DNA of 64,000 nt. It comes from Myxococcota bacterium (GTDB lineage: Bacteria; Myxococcota_A; UBA9160; JAFDDA01). The DNA lies in assembly GCA_965228475.1 (NCBI GenBank), contig OZ245817.1, positions 3,168,001 through 3,232,000 of the forward strand, written 5' to 3'. The notes under the pieces were generated by a model, which worked only from the letters and a program-made list of their open reading frames with translations, searched no databases and was not told the origin of the DNA. Made by a program: the position numbers and the translations under genes. Every line of letters begins with the position of its first letter. Positions within the stretch are counted from its first letter, which is position 1. Below, one piece after another: positions 9,392 through 21,752 of this stretch.

Positions 9392-9423
9392 CCTGGCTAC
9401 ACGTGAAGCCACCTGGCTACACG
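9392..9423 (+). promoter_or_regulatory. 12-bp direct repeat (period 20) upstream of a methyltransferase; candidate regulator site
   Basis: CCTGGCTACACG at 9392-9403 and 9412-9423. Confidence 0.4.
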
Positions 9424-9473
9424 CGCGAACGAAAGATGAGCTAAGCCTTGCGCCTCACCCACACGAGGAACCC

Positions 9474-10076
9474 ATGACGGCCGCACTGCGCAAGCGCAAG
9501 AACGAAGCCACGGATTCACCCGACGACCGGCTCGAGTTCCTGCGAGGTTTCTTGAAGCGGCCGAAGGAAGTCGGCTCGATCATCCCGAGTTCGCGCTTCC
9601 TCGAGCGGCGCATCCTCCGCTGCGCGCGGGTCGAAGAGGCCAGGACCGTGGTCGAGCTCGGCCCCGGGACCGGCGGCACCACCCGCGCCCTCCTGCGCGC
9701 CATGCCGAGCGATGCCCGCTTGATCTCGATCGAGATCAACCCGAGCTTCGTCGAGCACATGAAGCGCAACCTCCGCGACCAGCGGCTCACCGTCCTCGAG
9801 GGCAGCGCCACGGACGTGGGCGCCCTGCTCGCCGCCGAGGGCCTCGACGGCGCCGACGTGATTCTTTCGGGGATTCCCTTCTCGACGATGCCCCGCGCCC
9901 TCGGGATCGAGATTCTCGAGAACGTGCGCAACGCCCTGCACCCGGACGGCCGCTTCGTCGCCTACCAGTTCCGCGACCGCGTCGAACACCTCGGCCGCGA
10001 GGTCTTCGGCCGCCCGCGCATCCAGACCGAGATCCGCAACGTCCCGCCGATGCGGGTCTACGTCTTCGACCGCTGA
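9474..10076 (+). CDS. Class I SAM methyltransferase, phospholipid N-methyltransferase (PmtA)-like
   Basis: FLKRPKEVGSIIPSS, VVELGPGTG, ILSGIPF, FVAYQF. Confidence 0.8.
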   Translation: MTAALRKRKNEATDSPDDRLEFLRGFLKRPKEVGSIIPSSRFLERRILRCARVEEARTVVELGPGTGGTTRALLRAMPSDARLISIEINPSFVEHMKRNLRDQRLTVLEGSATDVGALLAAEGLDGADVILSGIPFSTMPRALGIEILENVRNALHPDGRFVAYQFRDRVEHLGREVFGRPRIQTEIRNVPPMRVYVFDR

Positions 10077-10104
10077 CGGCGCGCCGGCCCGGGCCCGCCG
10101 CCCC

Positions 10105-11070
10105 TCACGGGCAGATGAGGTCGCTCGTGCCGCACAGGTTCTGCCCGAGTTCGATCCCGCCGCGGATCTGATCGTCGTTCTCCGGGTCGCCGTCGTTCTG
10201 GCGAGCGACGTTGTCGATGAGCCCCCAAGTCCGGAGCGGGGCCGGGAACTGCGGCGCCAGGATGCCGTTGTCGAAGCCGTAGCCGTCGTTGAACGTCGCC
10301 ACGTTCCCCTTGGCGAGCCCGCCGGTCGTGTTGCCGGGCCCTCCGCTCAGCGAGAAGCCGTCGCCCCCGTTCGAGCGGGCGGAGTTCCCGATCACCGTCG
10401 ACCCGGCTCCGGCCGAGAAGCCCGAGCCGCCGTTGGCGAAGGACGCGTTCCCGTGGAACGTCGACCCGCTCGAGGCCACGATGCCCGCCGAACCGTTCCC
10501 GTGCGAGGTGCACTTCGAAACCGAGCTGGCGGCCCCGGCCGTGATGCCGAGGGCCCCGTTGGACCCGGCGATCACGTTCGTGACAACGGAGAAGCTCCCG
10601 ACCCGAACGCCGTCGCTGCCGCTCTCGGTGACGATCACGTCCGTGACGATCGCCTCGCTACTGAGGGCGATGCCATCCGCCGCCACGCCGGTCACGCGGC
10701 CGTTCCGCACGGAGGTCCCTCGCTGGTCCGACGAGATCCCGTTGCCGTCCCCGTTGCACTCGGTGTTGATCTGGAACGCCGAACACGTGAGGCCGAAGCC
10801 CGCGAGGTCGAGGCTCACGTCTTCTTCCCTGATCTCGATGAAGTCGGTGCTCTGCGCCCCACCCCCGCTCGACCGCGAGAGGTTGCTCGTCAGGCGGTAG
10901 CTGCCCGAGCGCGTGATCGTCACCGGGAAGCCCGCCGCGTCGCCGATGAAACAGCCGGTCTGGACGGCGCAGGTCTGGTTGATTTCGAGAACGCCGGAAG
11001 CCGCGGCGGGGAGCGGGAACCCGAGGAGCCACGACGACGACACGAGGAGGAGGGAGCGCTTCATCTTCAT
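10105..11070 (-). CDS. Secreted right-handed parallel beta-helix repeat protein
   Basis: Signal peptide; FPVTITRSGSYRLTSNL; repeated N-x-x-x-x-NG-x-x-G coils. Confidence 0.75.
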   Translation of the reverse strand: MKMKRSLLLVSSSWLLGFPLPAAASGVLEINQTCAVQTGCFIGDAAGFPVTITRSGSYRLTSNLSRSSGGGAQSTDFIEIREEDVSLDLAGFGLTCSAFQINTECNGDGNGISSDQRGTSVRNGRVTGVAADGIALSSEAIVTDVIVTESGSDGVRVGSFSVVTNVIAGSNGALGITAGAASSVSKCTSHGNGSAGIVASSGSTFHGNASFANGGSGFSAGAGSTVIGNSARSNGGDGFSLSGGPGNTTGGLAKGNVATFNDGYGFDNGILAPQFPAPLRTWGLIDNVARQNDGDPENDDQIRGGIELGQNLCGTSDLICP

Positions 11071-11107
11071 CGCGCCATCGTACACCGCGGCGGATCGGCG
11101 GGGGGTT

Positions 11108-12331
11108 CTAGTCCTCGCCGCGCTTGATCTGGTCCGAGAGGCCCGCGCGCTCGGCGGCGCCCGCCTCGCCACGCACGACCGCCGTGCCGCCGAAGCGGTC
11201 CGCGATCTCGTCGAGGGCCTGGTTCAGGCGGGCGCGCCGGCGGCGCCCCTCGGCGTCGAACAGCGGGAGCTGGGAATCGGCGCTCGCCACGAGGTTCGTC
11301 ACGCCGACGCCGAGCAGACGGATCGGCTCCGGCAGGCCCCACTGGCGCAGGAGCGAAGTGGCGAGCGCGCCGATCGTGCGGCCATCGTCGGTCGGGTCGG
11401 GCAGCGTCGCGCGGCGCGTGACGAGCGAGTAGCCGCGCGGTCCGGGCGCGCGCCGGCGCCCGAGCTTCACCTTCAGCACGACCGTGCGGGCGACGAGGTC
11501 GCTCCTGCGCAAGCGCCGCGCGACCGACTCCGCGTGGCGGACGATCGCCCGCTCGAGCCGCTCGAAGTCGTCGACGTCCGTAGCGAAGGTGTTCTCCTCG
11601 CTCATGCTGACCGCTTCGCGGTAGGCCTCGACCTCGCGCACGTCTTCCCCGCGAGCGAGCCGGGCGAGGGAGGTACCCCAGTCTCCAAGCGCCGCGTGGA
11701 TCCGCTTCGAGTCCGCGCGGGCGAGATCGGCGACGGTGCGGAAGCCCGCCCGCTCGAGCCGCTCCCCCGCCACCGGCCCGACGCCCCAGAGCCGGCGGAC
11801 GGGGAGCGGGTGGAGGAACGCGAGCAGGTTCTCGCGCGTCACCTCGAGCAGCCCGTCGGGCTTGGCGGAACCGCTCGCGAGCTTCGCCACCATCTTGATC
11901 GGCGCGAGCCCGACGGAGATGGCGAGGCCCGTCTCCTCCCGCACGGCCGCGCGAAGCCGCTCCGCGACGCCCCGTGCCGGGCCGAGCAGGCGCTCCGTCC
12001 CCGTGAGATCGAGGAAGGCCTCGTCGAGGGAGAGCCCTTCGACGGCCGGCGTGAAGCGCTCGAAGATCTCGAAGATGCGGCGCGATTCGCGGCGGTAGCG
12101 CCGCATGTCGCCCGAGAGGAACACGGCGTCCGGGCAGCGGCGCTTCGCCTCGTAGCCCGGCATGGCCGAGTGGATCCCGAACTTCCGCGCTTCGTAGCTC
12201 GCTGCGGAGACGACCCCGCGCGGGCCGCCACCGCCGACGACCACCGGCCGCCCTCGCAGCTCCGGCCGGTCCCGCTGCTCGACGGAGGCGTAGAACGCAT
12301 CCATGTCCGCATGGGCGATCACGCGTGCCAT
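11108..12331 (-). CDS. dinB: DNA polymerase IV
   Basis: HADMDAFYASVE, SYEARKFG, SLDEAFLD, KPDG; clamp motif QLPLF. Confidence 0.95.
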   Translation of the reverse strand: MARVIAHADMDAFYASVEQRDRPELRGRPVVVGGGGPRGVVSAASYEARKFGIHSAMPGYEAKRRCPDAVFLSGDMRRYRRESRRIFEIFERFTPAVEGLSLDEAFLDLTGTERLLGPARGVAERLRAAVREETGLAISVGLAPIKMVAKLASGSAKPDGLLEVTRENLLAFLHPLPVRRLWGVGPVAGERLERAGFRTVADLARADSKRIHAALGDWGTSLARLARGEDVREVEAYREAVSMSEENTFATDVDDFERLERAIVRHAESVARRLRRSDLVARTVVLKVKLGRRRAPGPRGYSLVTRRATLPDPTDDGRTIGALATSLLRQWGLPEPIRLLGVGVTNLVASADSQLPLFDAEGRRRRARLNQALDEIADRFGGTAVVRGEAGAAERAGLSDQIKRGED

Positions 12332-12389
12332 GGAACCGGAGTCTAGGCGTGCCCCCGAGCGGCCGCCCGCAACGCCGGACGAGCCGGGA

Positions 12390-13139
12390 CTAGGCGCGCC
12401 GCCGCAGCGCGAGCGCCCCGCCGGCCAGCAGCACGAGCGCCGCCGTCGCGGGCTCCGGCACCGGGTCGTAGTCGTAGGTCAGGGTCACCGTCCCGGCCGT
12501 GGCCGAGACGTCGAGGACCGCCTCGAAGTCGTCGACGTTGTCTCCGACGAACATCACCCCGATCGGGAGCGAGACGTAGAGCCCGATCTCCGTCACGGCG
12601 CCGGTCCCGAGGAAGTCCGCAAGCTCGAACTCGCCGAAGGGGGTATCGAGGGTCTCCACGGTCGTCCAGGCGACGAAGTCCCCGAGCTCGTCGAAGCAGC
12701 CCGGATCGAAGCCCCCGTTTCCGCAGGAGACCGCGGCGTTGCCGAACTCGGTGGCCAAGGTTTCGATCACGGATCCCGTCTCCGTGTACCCGAAGAAGAA
12801 GATCGGCTCGCCCAGGAGATCGATGGATGCGTCGTGGGGAAGGGAGTCGTCGCCGATCGCGGTCACCTCGATCGAGAAGTTCCAGCCGTAGTCGAACTCC
12901 GCCTCGAGGGTGACGCTGTTCAGCGTCCCGAGGCTCGGATCGAACTGCATCAGGCCGGAGATGACCGCCTCGCCCAGGAACCCGCCGGAGCCGGTGCTCG
13001 TGATGTCGTAGAAATTGTTCTCTTCGATCGAGCCGAAGGTCCCGGTGGTCGAGATCGTGTCCGCCTGGGCGGCGGCCGGCAGCAGGACGGCGAACGTGGC
13101 AGCGAGAAGCGTGAGGCGAGAGCGGGAGGGCAGCGGCAT
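12390..13139 (-). CDS. PEP-CTERM sorting-domain protein (choice-of-anchor E-like)
   Basis: Signal peptide; QFDPSLGTLNSV; C-terminal VPEPATAALVLLAGGALALRRRA. Confidence 0.85.
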   Translation of the reverse strand: MPLPSRSRLTLLAATFAVLLPAAAQADTISTTGTFGSIEENNFYDITSTGSGGFLGEAVISGLMQFDPSLGTLNSVTLEAEFDYGWNFSIEVTAIGDDSLPHDASIDLLGEPIFFFGYTETGSVIETLATEFGNAAVSCGNGGFDPGCFDELGDFVAWTTVETLDTPFGEFELADFLGTGAVTEIGLYVSLPIGVMFVGDNVDDFEAVLDVSATAGTVTLTYDYDPVPEPATAALVLLAGGALALRRRA

Positions 13140-13258
13140 CGACGGAGCTCCGGCGACCCTTCCCAGCGAACGCGCAGCCTAACCGGGGCTGCGGAGCCAC
13201 TCAAGGAAAACTCGCCCAAGTCGCTGTTTCTCCAGGACGACTGGGTATCTTCCGGCCC

Positions 13259-15073
13259 ATGAGCCAAGCCGTTGCCGACAGCTTCGACGCCGGGCCCGCC
13301 GCCGGCGTCCAATGGGATCTCACCGACCTCTACGCGGGCGCCGACGACCCCCGCATCGACGCCGACCTCGACCAGGCGAAGGAGCGCGCCGAGCGCTTTG
13401 CGGATGCGCATCGCGGACGCATCGGGGCCCTCGAACCCGCCGATCTCGCGGTCGCCGTCGACGAGCTCGAAGGCATCTCGGAGCTCGTCGGGCGCGCAGG
13501 CGCCTTCGCCGGCCTCCTGTTCGCCCAGGACACGAGCGACCCGCGCCACGGGGCGCTCCTGCAGCACGTCCAGGAGCGAAGCTCCGCGATCCAGAACGCG
13601 CTCGTCTTCTTCGAGCTCGAATGGGTCGGGCTCGACGACGCGGCCGCAGAGGCGCTCCTCGCGGACCCGGCCCTCGCCGGCCGGCGTCACCACCTCGAGA
13701 GCGCGCGGCGCTACCGCCCCCACGTCCTCGGCGAAGCCGAGGAGCAGATCCTCGAAGACCTCTCGAACACCGGCGAGCGGGCCTGGAGCCGCCTCTTCGA
13801 CGAAGTCCTCGGCAGCGCGCGCTTCTCGCTCGAAGACGGCGGCGAGACCCTCGACCTCTCCGAGGAAGAAGTGCTCTCGCGCCTCTACCACCCGGAGCGG
13901 GAGACCCGCCGCCGCGCGGCCGCCTCCCTCACCCAGGGGCTGCGGGCGAACGAGCGCGTGCTCGGCTTCATCTTCAACGTCCTCACGCAGGACAAGGCCA
14001 CGCGCGACCGCCTGCGCAGCTACCCCCATCCGAAGCGCAGCCGGAACCTCGCCAACGAGATCGACGACGAGACCGTGGACGCCCTGCTCGCGGCCACCGA
14101 GCGCGGCTTCCCGACGGTGGCCCGCTACTACCGGCTGAAGGCGAAGCTCCTCGGCCTCGACCGCCTCGAGGACTACGACCGCTACGCCCCGCTCGGCGAG
14201 GCCCAGGGGGTCCGGAGCTTCGATGACGCCCGCCGCATCGTGCTCGACGCCTACGGCGATTTCTCGCCGCGCATGGCCGAGATCGCGGACCTCTTCTTCG
14301 AGCGCCGCTGGATCGATGCGGAGCTCCGCCCCGGGAAGCGCGGCGGCGCCTTTTCCGCGTCGACGGTGCCGAGCGTGCACCCCTACGTGCTGCTGAACTA
14401 CACGGGCAACCTGCGCGACGTGATGACCGTCGCCCACGAGCTCGGGCACGGGGTTCACCAGTACCTCGCCCGCGACCGCGGCCTCTTCGAGCAGGACACG
14501 CCGCTCACCACCGCCGAGACCGCCAGCGTCTTCGGCGAGATGCTCGTCTTCCGCAGCCTCGTCTCCCAGGAGAGCGACCCGCGCAATCGGCTCGCCCTGC
14601 TCTGCGGGAAGCTCGAAGACGCCTTCGCCACGGTCTCGCGCCAGGTCGTGATGACGCGCTTCGAGGAGAAGCTCCACGCGGCGCGCCGGAGCGAGGGCGA
14701 GCTCGCGACGCCGCGGGTGAACGAACTCTGGCTCGAAGCCAACCGGCCGATGTTCGGCGATTCCGTGAATCTCTCCGAAGACTACGGCTACTGGTGGCTC
14801 TACATCCCGCACTTCGTCCACTCGCCCTTCTACTGCTACGCCTACGCCTTCGGCGAGCTGCTCGTGCTGGCGCTGCTCCGCCGCTTCGACGAAGAGGGCG
14901 CGTCGTTCGTTCCGAAGTACGAGGCACTCCTTGCGGCGGGCGGCTCCCAGGCGCCCCCGGCGCTCCTCGCGAAGCTCGGGCTCGACATCACGGACCCGGC
15001 CTTCTGGGACGGTGGCCTCGCCGTGCTCGACGGCATGGTGAGCGAAGCCGAGGAGATCGCGGCCTCGCTCTAG
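13259..15073 (+). CDS. pepF: M3 family oligoendopeptidase F
   Basis: WDLTDLY, KRGGAF, AHELGHGVH zinc motif, AETASVFGE, FYCYAY. Confidence 0.92.
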   Translation: MSQAVADSFDAGPAAGVQWDLTDLYAGADDPRIDADLDQAKERAERFADAHRGRIGALEPADLAVAVDELEGISELVGRAGAFAGLLFAQDTSDPRHGALLQHVQERSSAIQNALVFFELEWVGLDDAAAEALLADPALAGRRHHLESARRYRPHVLGEAEEQILEDLSNTGERAWSRLFDEVLGSARFSLEDGGETLDLSEEEVLSRLYHPERETRRRAAASLTQGLRANERVLGFIFNVLTQDKATRDRLRSYPHPKRSRNLANEIDDETVDALLAATERGFPTVARYYRLKAKLLGLDRLEDYDRYAPLGEAQGVRSFDDARRIVLDAYGDFSPRMAEIADLFFERRWIDAELRPGKRGGAFSASTVPSVHPYVLLNYTGNLRDVMTVAHELGHGVHQYLARDRGLFEQDTPLTTAETASVFGEMLVFRSLVSQESDPRNRLALLCGKLEDAFATVSRQVVMTRFEEKLHAARRSEGELATPRVNELWLEANRPMFGDSVNLSEDYGYWWLYIPHFVHSPFYCYAYAFGELLVLALLRRFDEEGASFVPKYEALLAAGGSQAPPALLAKLGLDITDPAFWDGGLAVLDGMVSEAEEIAASL

Positions 15074-17166
15074 GGCTTCACGGTGGCTTCGGCCAGGGGC
15101 GCGAGAACCTTCCGCAGCCGCAGCCCGACGATCGAACCGTCGGGGTAGAGGACCGCCGGAAGCCCGGGCGGAGCGGTCAGCCGGAAGCGCCGTGCCGGCC
15201 CCCCGTCGACGCCGTAGGCGTCGCCGCGGAAGAGATCGATCCAGCGCCCGGGCGGCAGCGTCGCCGGGAAGGTCACGGCCTCCGCCGAATCCGGCTGGGG
15301 ATTCGGCACGACGAGCAGTTCGCTTCCGATCAGGAACGATTCGGGCCGTCCGCTCTGGAAGGCCGGCTCCTCCGGGTGGTAGAGCCAGAGCGGCCGGAGA
15401 ATCGGGAGCCCCCGCTCGGCCACCTGCCGCACGAGCTCCGCCCGGTAGCCCGCCCAGGCCGCGTGGATGCGGCCGGCGCGCACGAGGGCCGCGCGGCCCT
15501 CGGGTGCATCGAGAACCCGTGCATCGACTTCGTAGAGCGGCATGAACCCGGCGAGTCCGAGCGCCGCCGCCCCTCCGGCGGAGACCGTGGAGACGGGGAA
15601 CCCCGAGATCCCCGCCGAGAGCACGCGGGCGAGGGTCGCCTCGTCCTCGAGGGCACCCGCCACGAGCACGGCCACGTGCCCGGGGCTTCCGACGTAGGCC
15701 GTCTCGGCGAGCAGGACGCCCTGCTCGCCGTCGAGGAAGGCCCGGCTCGCCGTACTCGTGGCCTGGGCCGCGAAGCGGTTGTGCTCGTCCGCACTCGCGC
15801 CGTCGTCCCCGGCGCGAACGCCGAAGGGCAGACCCTCGCCGCCGCGCAGGCGGAGGCCCCGGGCGCCCGGTTCGACGCGTCGCGCGCGGGTCTCCTGTCT
15901 CAGACGGGCGCGCGCATCGGCACGCGCGAGATCGACGAGGAGGCCGCCCGCCACCGGGACGACGTCCCCCGCGTCGTCGCGCACCGCATGGGGTTCGAGG
16001 ACGGAGTCTTCGGGCAGCAACGGCCCGGCCGGAAGGATCAGGCGGATTCCCGCGCGGTCGAGCTCCACGGCGAGCGCCTGCCAATCGGGATAGGCGGCAC
16101 CGTCGATCGCGGTCTCGACCTCGGCGGGCGCCGCATCCCGAACGAACAGCGCGGCCGGCATCGTTCCGAGCGAGGCGAGCTCGGCGAGGCGCTCGCGAAC
16201 CGCCGCCGCGCCCCCCTCGACGGCGACCAGCGGGCCCGAGTGGATCCAGGCCGGGAGCCGGAGCTCCCCCGTCGCCCGCGAGAGGAGCCGCACGCGGTCC
16301 TCCGGGCTGCGGACCGCCGCGACCCGGAGCGTGAGCTCCCGCGCGTGCACCTCGGTGCGAAGAACGCCCTCCGTCGCGAGGTCGAAGGCGGCGTACTCGG
16401 CATTCTCCAGCCAGAGCACGGGCCCGCGGGAGCTCAGCGCATGAGGAGCCGGCGCCCGGCTGCCGGGGAAGACGGGAGAGAATCGAGCCCGAAGGCGATC
16501 GAGCGTCGTCGGGCTCGCGCCCTCGAGCCCGACGACGAGGTTGGCGAGGCGCCCGTCGGCCTGGGCGAAGGCTTCGCGCGCGCCGAAGCCGAAGAAGCGC
16601 TCGCCCGGCGCGCGCGCCTGAACGAAGGCGATGCGGTTGAAGGAGGGGTCTTCGAGGCGCACGTGCAGGCGGAGCTGGTTGCGCCCTTCGGGAACGACGA
16701 AGAGTTCGTAGGCGCGCTCGAGCACGCGGCACTTCAAGCGGCCGGTGATGCGCAGCACGTAGAGCTCGAGCTCCGCGCTCTCCACCGTCTGCCGGCTGCA
16801 CCGCTCCTGCACGGCATCTTCGACGTGGGCGTTGCGCCCGGTGCCCACGAGGGCGGACCGCCCGCGCGCGATCTCGAGGAAGGCGCGGCCGGCCACGGTC
16901 TCGAGGGCGGGAACCTCGCCGAGCTCGGGATGGCTCGCCCGGAGGCGCGCATCCTCCCAACCCGTCCCCGCGAGCTCCAGCGTGAAGCGTCCGAGCTCGT
17001 GACGAAAGGGCTCGAAGGGCTGCTCGGCATCCCCGAGGCGCCCGCTCCCGGCGGGCTCCCCCGAGCAGGCGGCCAACAGCGCCCCGGCGAGCACGAGGAC
17101 CCCGCGGCTCCGCCGCCCCACACGTTGCCGGGCAGCGTCGGTCTCCTCCGTGAGGCGTACGCTCAC
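15070..17166 (-). CDS. GH31 (YihQ-like) glycoside hydrolase-fold lipoprotein, catalytic residues apparently lost
   Basis: Lipobox LLAAC; ERFFGFG, LPAWIHSG, GLPILRPLWLYHP, LPPGRWIDLF; expected MADFGE reads LRLRGGE. Confidence 0.7.
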   Translation of the reverse strand: MSVRLTEETDAARQRVGRRSRGVLVLAGALLAACSGEPAGSGRLGDAEQPFEPFRHELGRFTLELAGTGWEDARLRASHPELGEVPALETVAGRAFLEIARGRSALVGTGRNAHVEDAVQERCSRQTVESAELELYVLRITGRLKCRVLERAYELFVVPEGRNQLRLHVRLEDPSFNRIAFVQARAPGERFFGFGAREAFAQADGRLANLVVGLEGASPTTLDRLRARFSPVFPGSRAPAPHALSSRGPVLWLENAEYAAFDLATEGVLRTEVHARELTLRVAAVRSPEDRVRLLSRATGELRLPAWIHSGPLVAVEGGAAAVRERLAELASLGTMPAALFVRDAAPAEVETAIDGAAYPDWQALAVELDRAGIRLILPAGPLLPEDSVLEPHAVRDDAGDVVPVAGGLLVDLARADARARLRQETRARRVEPGARGLRLRGGEGLPFGVRAGDDGASADEHNRFAAQATSTASRAFLDGEQGVLLAETAYVGSPGHVAVLVAGALEDEATLARVLSAGISGFPVSTVSAGGAAALGLAGFMPLYEVDARVLDAPEGRAALVRAGRIHAAWAGYRAELVRQVAERGLPILRPLWLYHPEEPAFQSGRPESFLIGSELLVVPNPQPDSAEAVTFPATLPPGRWIDLFRGDAYGVDGGPARRFRLTAPPGLPAVLYPDGSIVGLRLRKVLAPLAEATVKP

Positions 17167-18476
17167 AGGGCCGCGAGCATCTCGTCGGCGGCGCGCAGCC
17201 CGCTCGTGCACGCGCCTTCGGTGTAGGCCCCGACGAGGTAGTCCCCGGCGAAGGCCAGGCGCGGCGAGCGGTCCGTGCGCTCGAAGAACCCGGCCAGCGC
17301 GCGGGTGTAGCCGGCACGGAACTGCGGGAGCATCGGGTCCCAGCGGTGGACGACGGTCTCGCGCGGCTCGAGCCGGCCGATCGGCGTCTTCGCGAGGTTC
17401 GCGAGCACGCGCTCGGCGATGGCCGTGTCCTCCGCTTCCCAGAGCTCCGCGGCGACGCTCTCGCGCAAGGCGCAGTTCACGAGACCCGCCCCGGCCGGAG
17501 CCTGGCCCTCCTTCCAGTGGTCGACGGCGAGGCCGTAGAGTTCGAGCCCCTCGGGCCGCGGGAAGGCGACGCCGTACCAGGGCAGCGTTTCCGGGGCGCG
17601 ATCGAAGAGCAGGAAGACGATCATGCCGCGCACGTAGTGCACCTGCTCGAAGAAGCCGCGCTCGGCCGGCGTGAGCTTCGGGCAGACGCCGGGCACGAGC
17701 GGGCCCGGCAGAGCGACGACGGCGGCGTCGGCGAGGACGGCTTCTTCGCCAGCGTGGGAGCGGAACTGAATGCGCGCGCCCCCGTCTTCGGTCTCGACGG
17801 AGAGCACCTCGCAGCCGGTTCGCACGTCGAGACCGGCGGCCAGCGTGCGGGTCAGGGTGCCGACCCCGCCCTCGATCGTCTGGAGCTTGAAGTTCTCGCT
17901 CGTGAAGCGGATGGCCTGGAGCGCGAAGGCCGCCGAGAGGTCTTCCGGCTCGCTGTCGAAGGTCGAGGAGAACGCGGGGGCGAGCAGGTACTCGAAGGCT
18001 TCGGCGCCGACCAGGCGGCGCAGGTACGACGCCATGTCCTCGTGGTCGATCGGCGCCGCGCGCTCGGGGTGCCAGGGGTCGAGCCGCGCGCGCTTTCGCC
18101 AGACGTCGTGAAGCAGGCGCGCCAGCCGGAGCTTCGCGCGGCCCGAGAGCAGCGGCGATCGCAGCACCTGGAAGGGCGAGTCGGCGTCGGCCGAATGGAG
18201 CTCGCCGTCGCGCAGGACGGCGTTGTGGGCCTTGCGGAAGGGCTGCACGCGGCTGGCGAGCCCGGTCGCGTCGATCAGGCCGTGGAGGTTGCGGTACGCG
18301 CTCGAGATGAACTGGGCGCCGCGGTCGAGGGTGAAGCCGCCGTGGCGCTCGCTGCGCATGCGGCCCCCGGGCTCGGACTCCGCCTCGAGGACCTGGACGT
18401 CGTGCCCGGCCTGCTGCAGCCGGAACGCCGCCGAGAGCCCGGCGAGGCCCCCACCCACCACCACCACCGATCCCAT
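17163..18476 (-). CDS. FAD-dependent oxidoreductase, protoporphyrinogen oxidase (HemY)/amine oxidase family
   Basis: VVVGGGLAGLSAA, GGRMRS, DRGAQF, AFAGDYL. Confidence 0.82.
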   Translation of the reverse strand: MGSVVVVGGGLAGLSAAFRLQQAGHDVQVLEAESEPGGRMRSERHGGFTLDRGAQFISSAYRNLHGLIDATGLASRVQPFRKAHNAVLRDGELHSADADSPFQVLRSPLLSGRAKLRLARLLHDVWRKRARLDPWHPERAAPIDHEDMASYLRRLVGAEAFEYLLAPAFSSTFDSEPEDLSAAFALQAIRFTSENFKLQTIEGGVGTLTRTLAAGLDVRTGCEVLSVETEDGGARIQFRSHAGEEAVLADAAVVALPGPLVPGVCPKLTPAERGFFEQVHYVRGMIVFLLFDRAPETLPWYGVAFPRPEGLELYGLAVDHWKEGQAPAGAGLVNCALRESVAAELWEAEDTAIAERVLANLAKTPIGRLEPRETVVHRWDPMLPQFRAGYTRALAGFFERTDRSPRLAFAGDYLVGAYTEGACTSGLRAADEMLAAL

Positions 18477-18504
18477 GGCGGGAGTGTAGGCACCGAGTCT
18501 TCCG

Positions 18505-18534
18505 TAGACAGGAGGCAAAAATAAAGCGAAAATC
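18505..18534 (+). promoter_or_regulatory. Candidate damage-inducible promoter/operator of dnaE2 (probably leaderless)
   Basis: TAGACA-N17-GAAAAT containing GCAAAA-ATAAA-GCGAAA; 5 nt separate the -10 from the ATG; 24/30 identical to the imuA element. Confidence 0.7.
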
Positions 18535-18538
18535 GAGC

Positions 18539-21697
<3,159 letters not shown>

Positions 21698-21705
21698 GAA
21701 CGCGC

Positions 21706-21752
21706 CCGGCTAGCGGCACTCGTCCGGCGCGGCCACTCGTCCGGCTAGCGGC
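21706..21752. repeat. Short mosaic tandem repeat between convergent dnaE2 and tkt
   Basis: CCGGCTAGCGGC at 21706 and 21741; CACTCGTCCGGC at 21717 and 21734. Confidence 0.6.
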
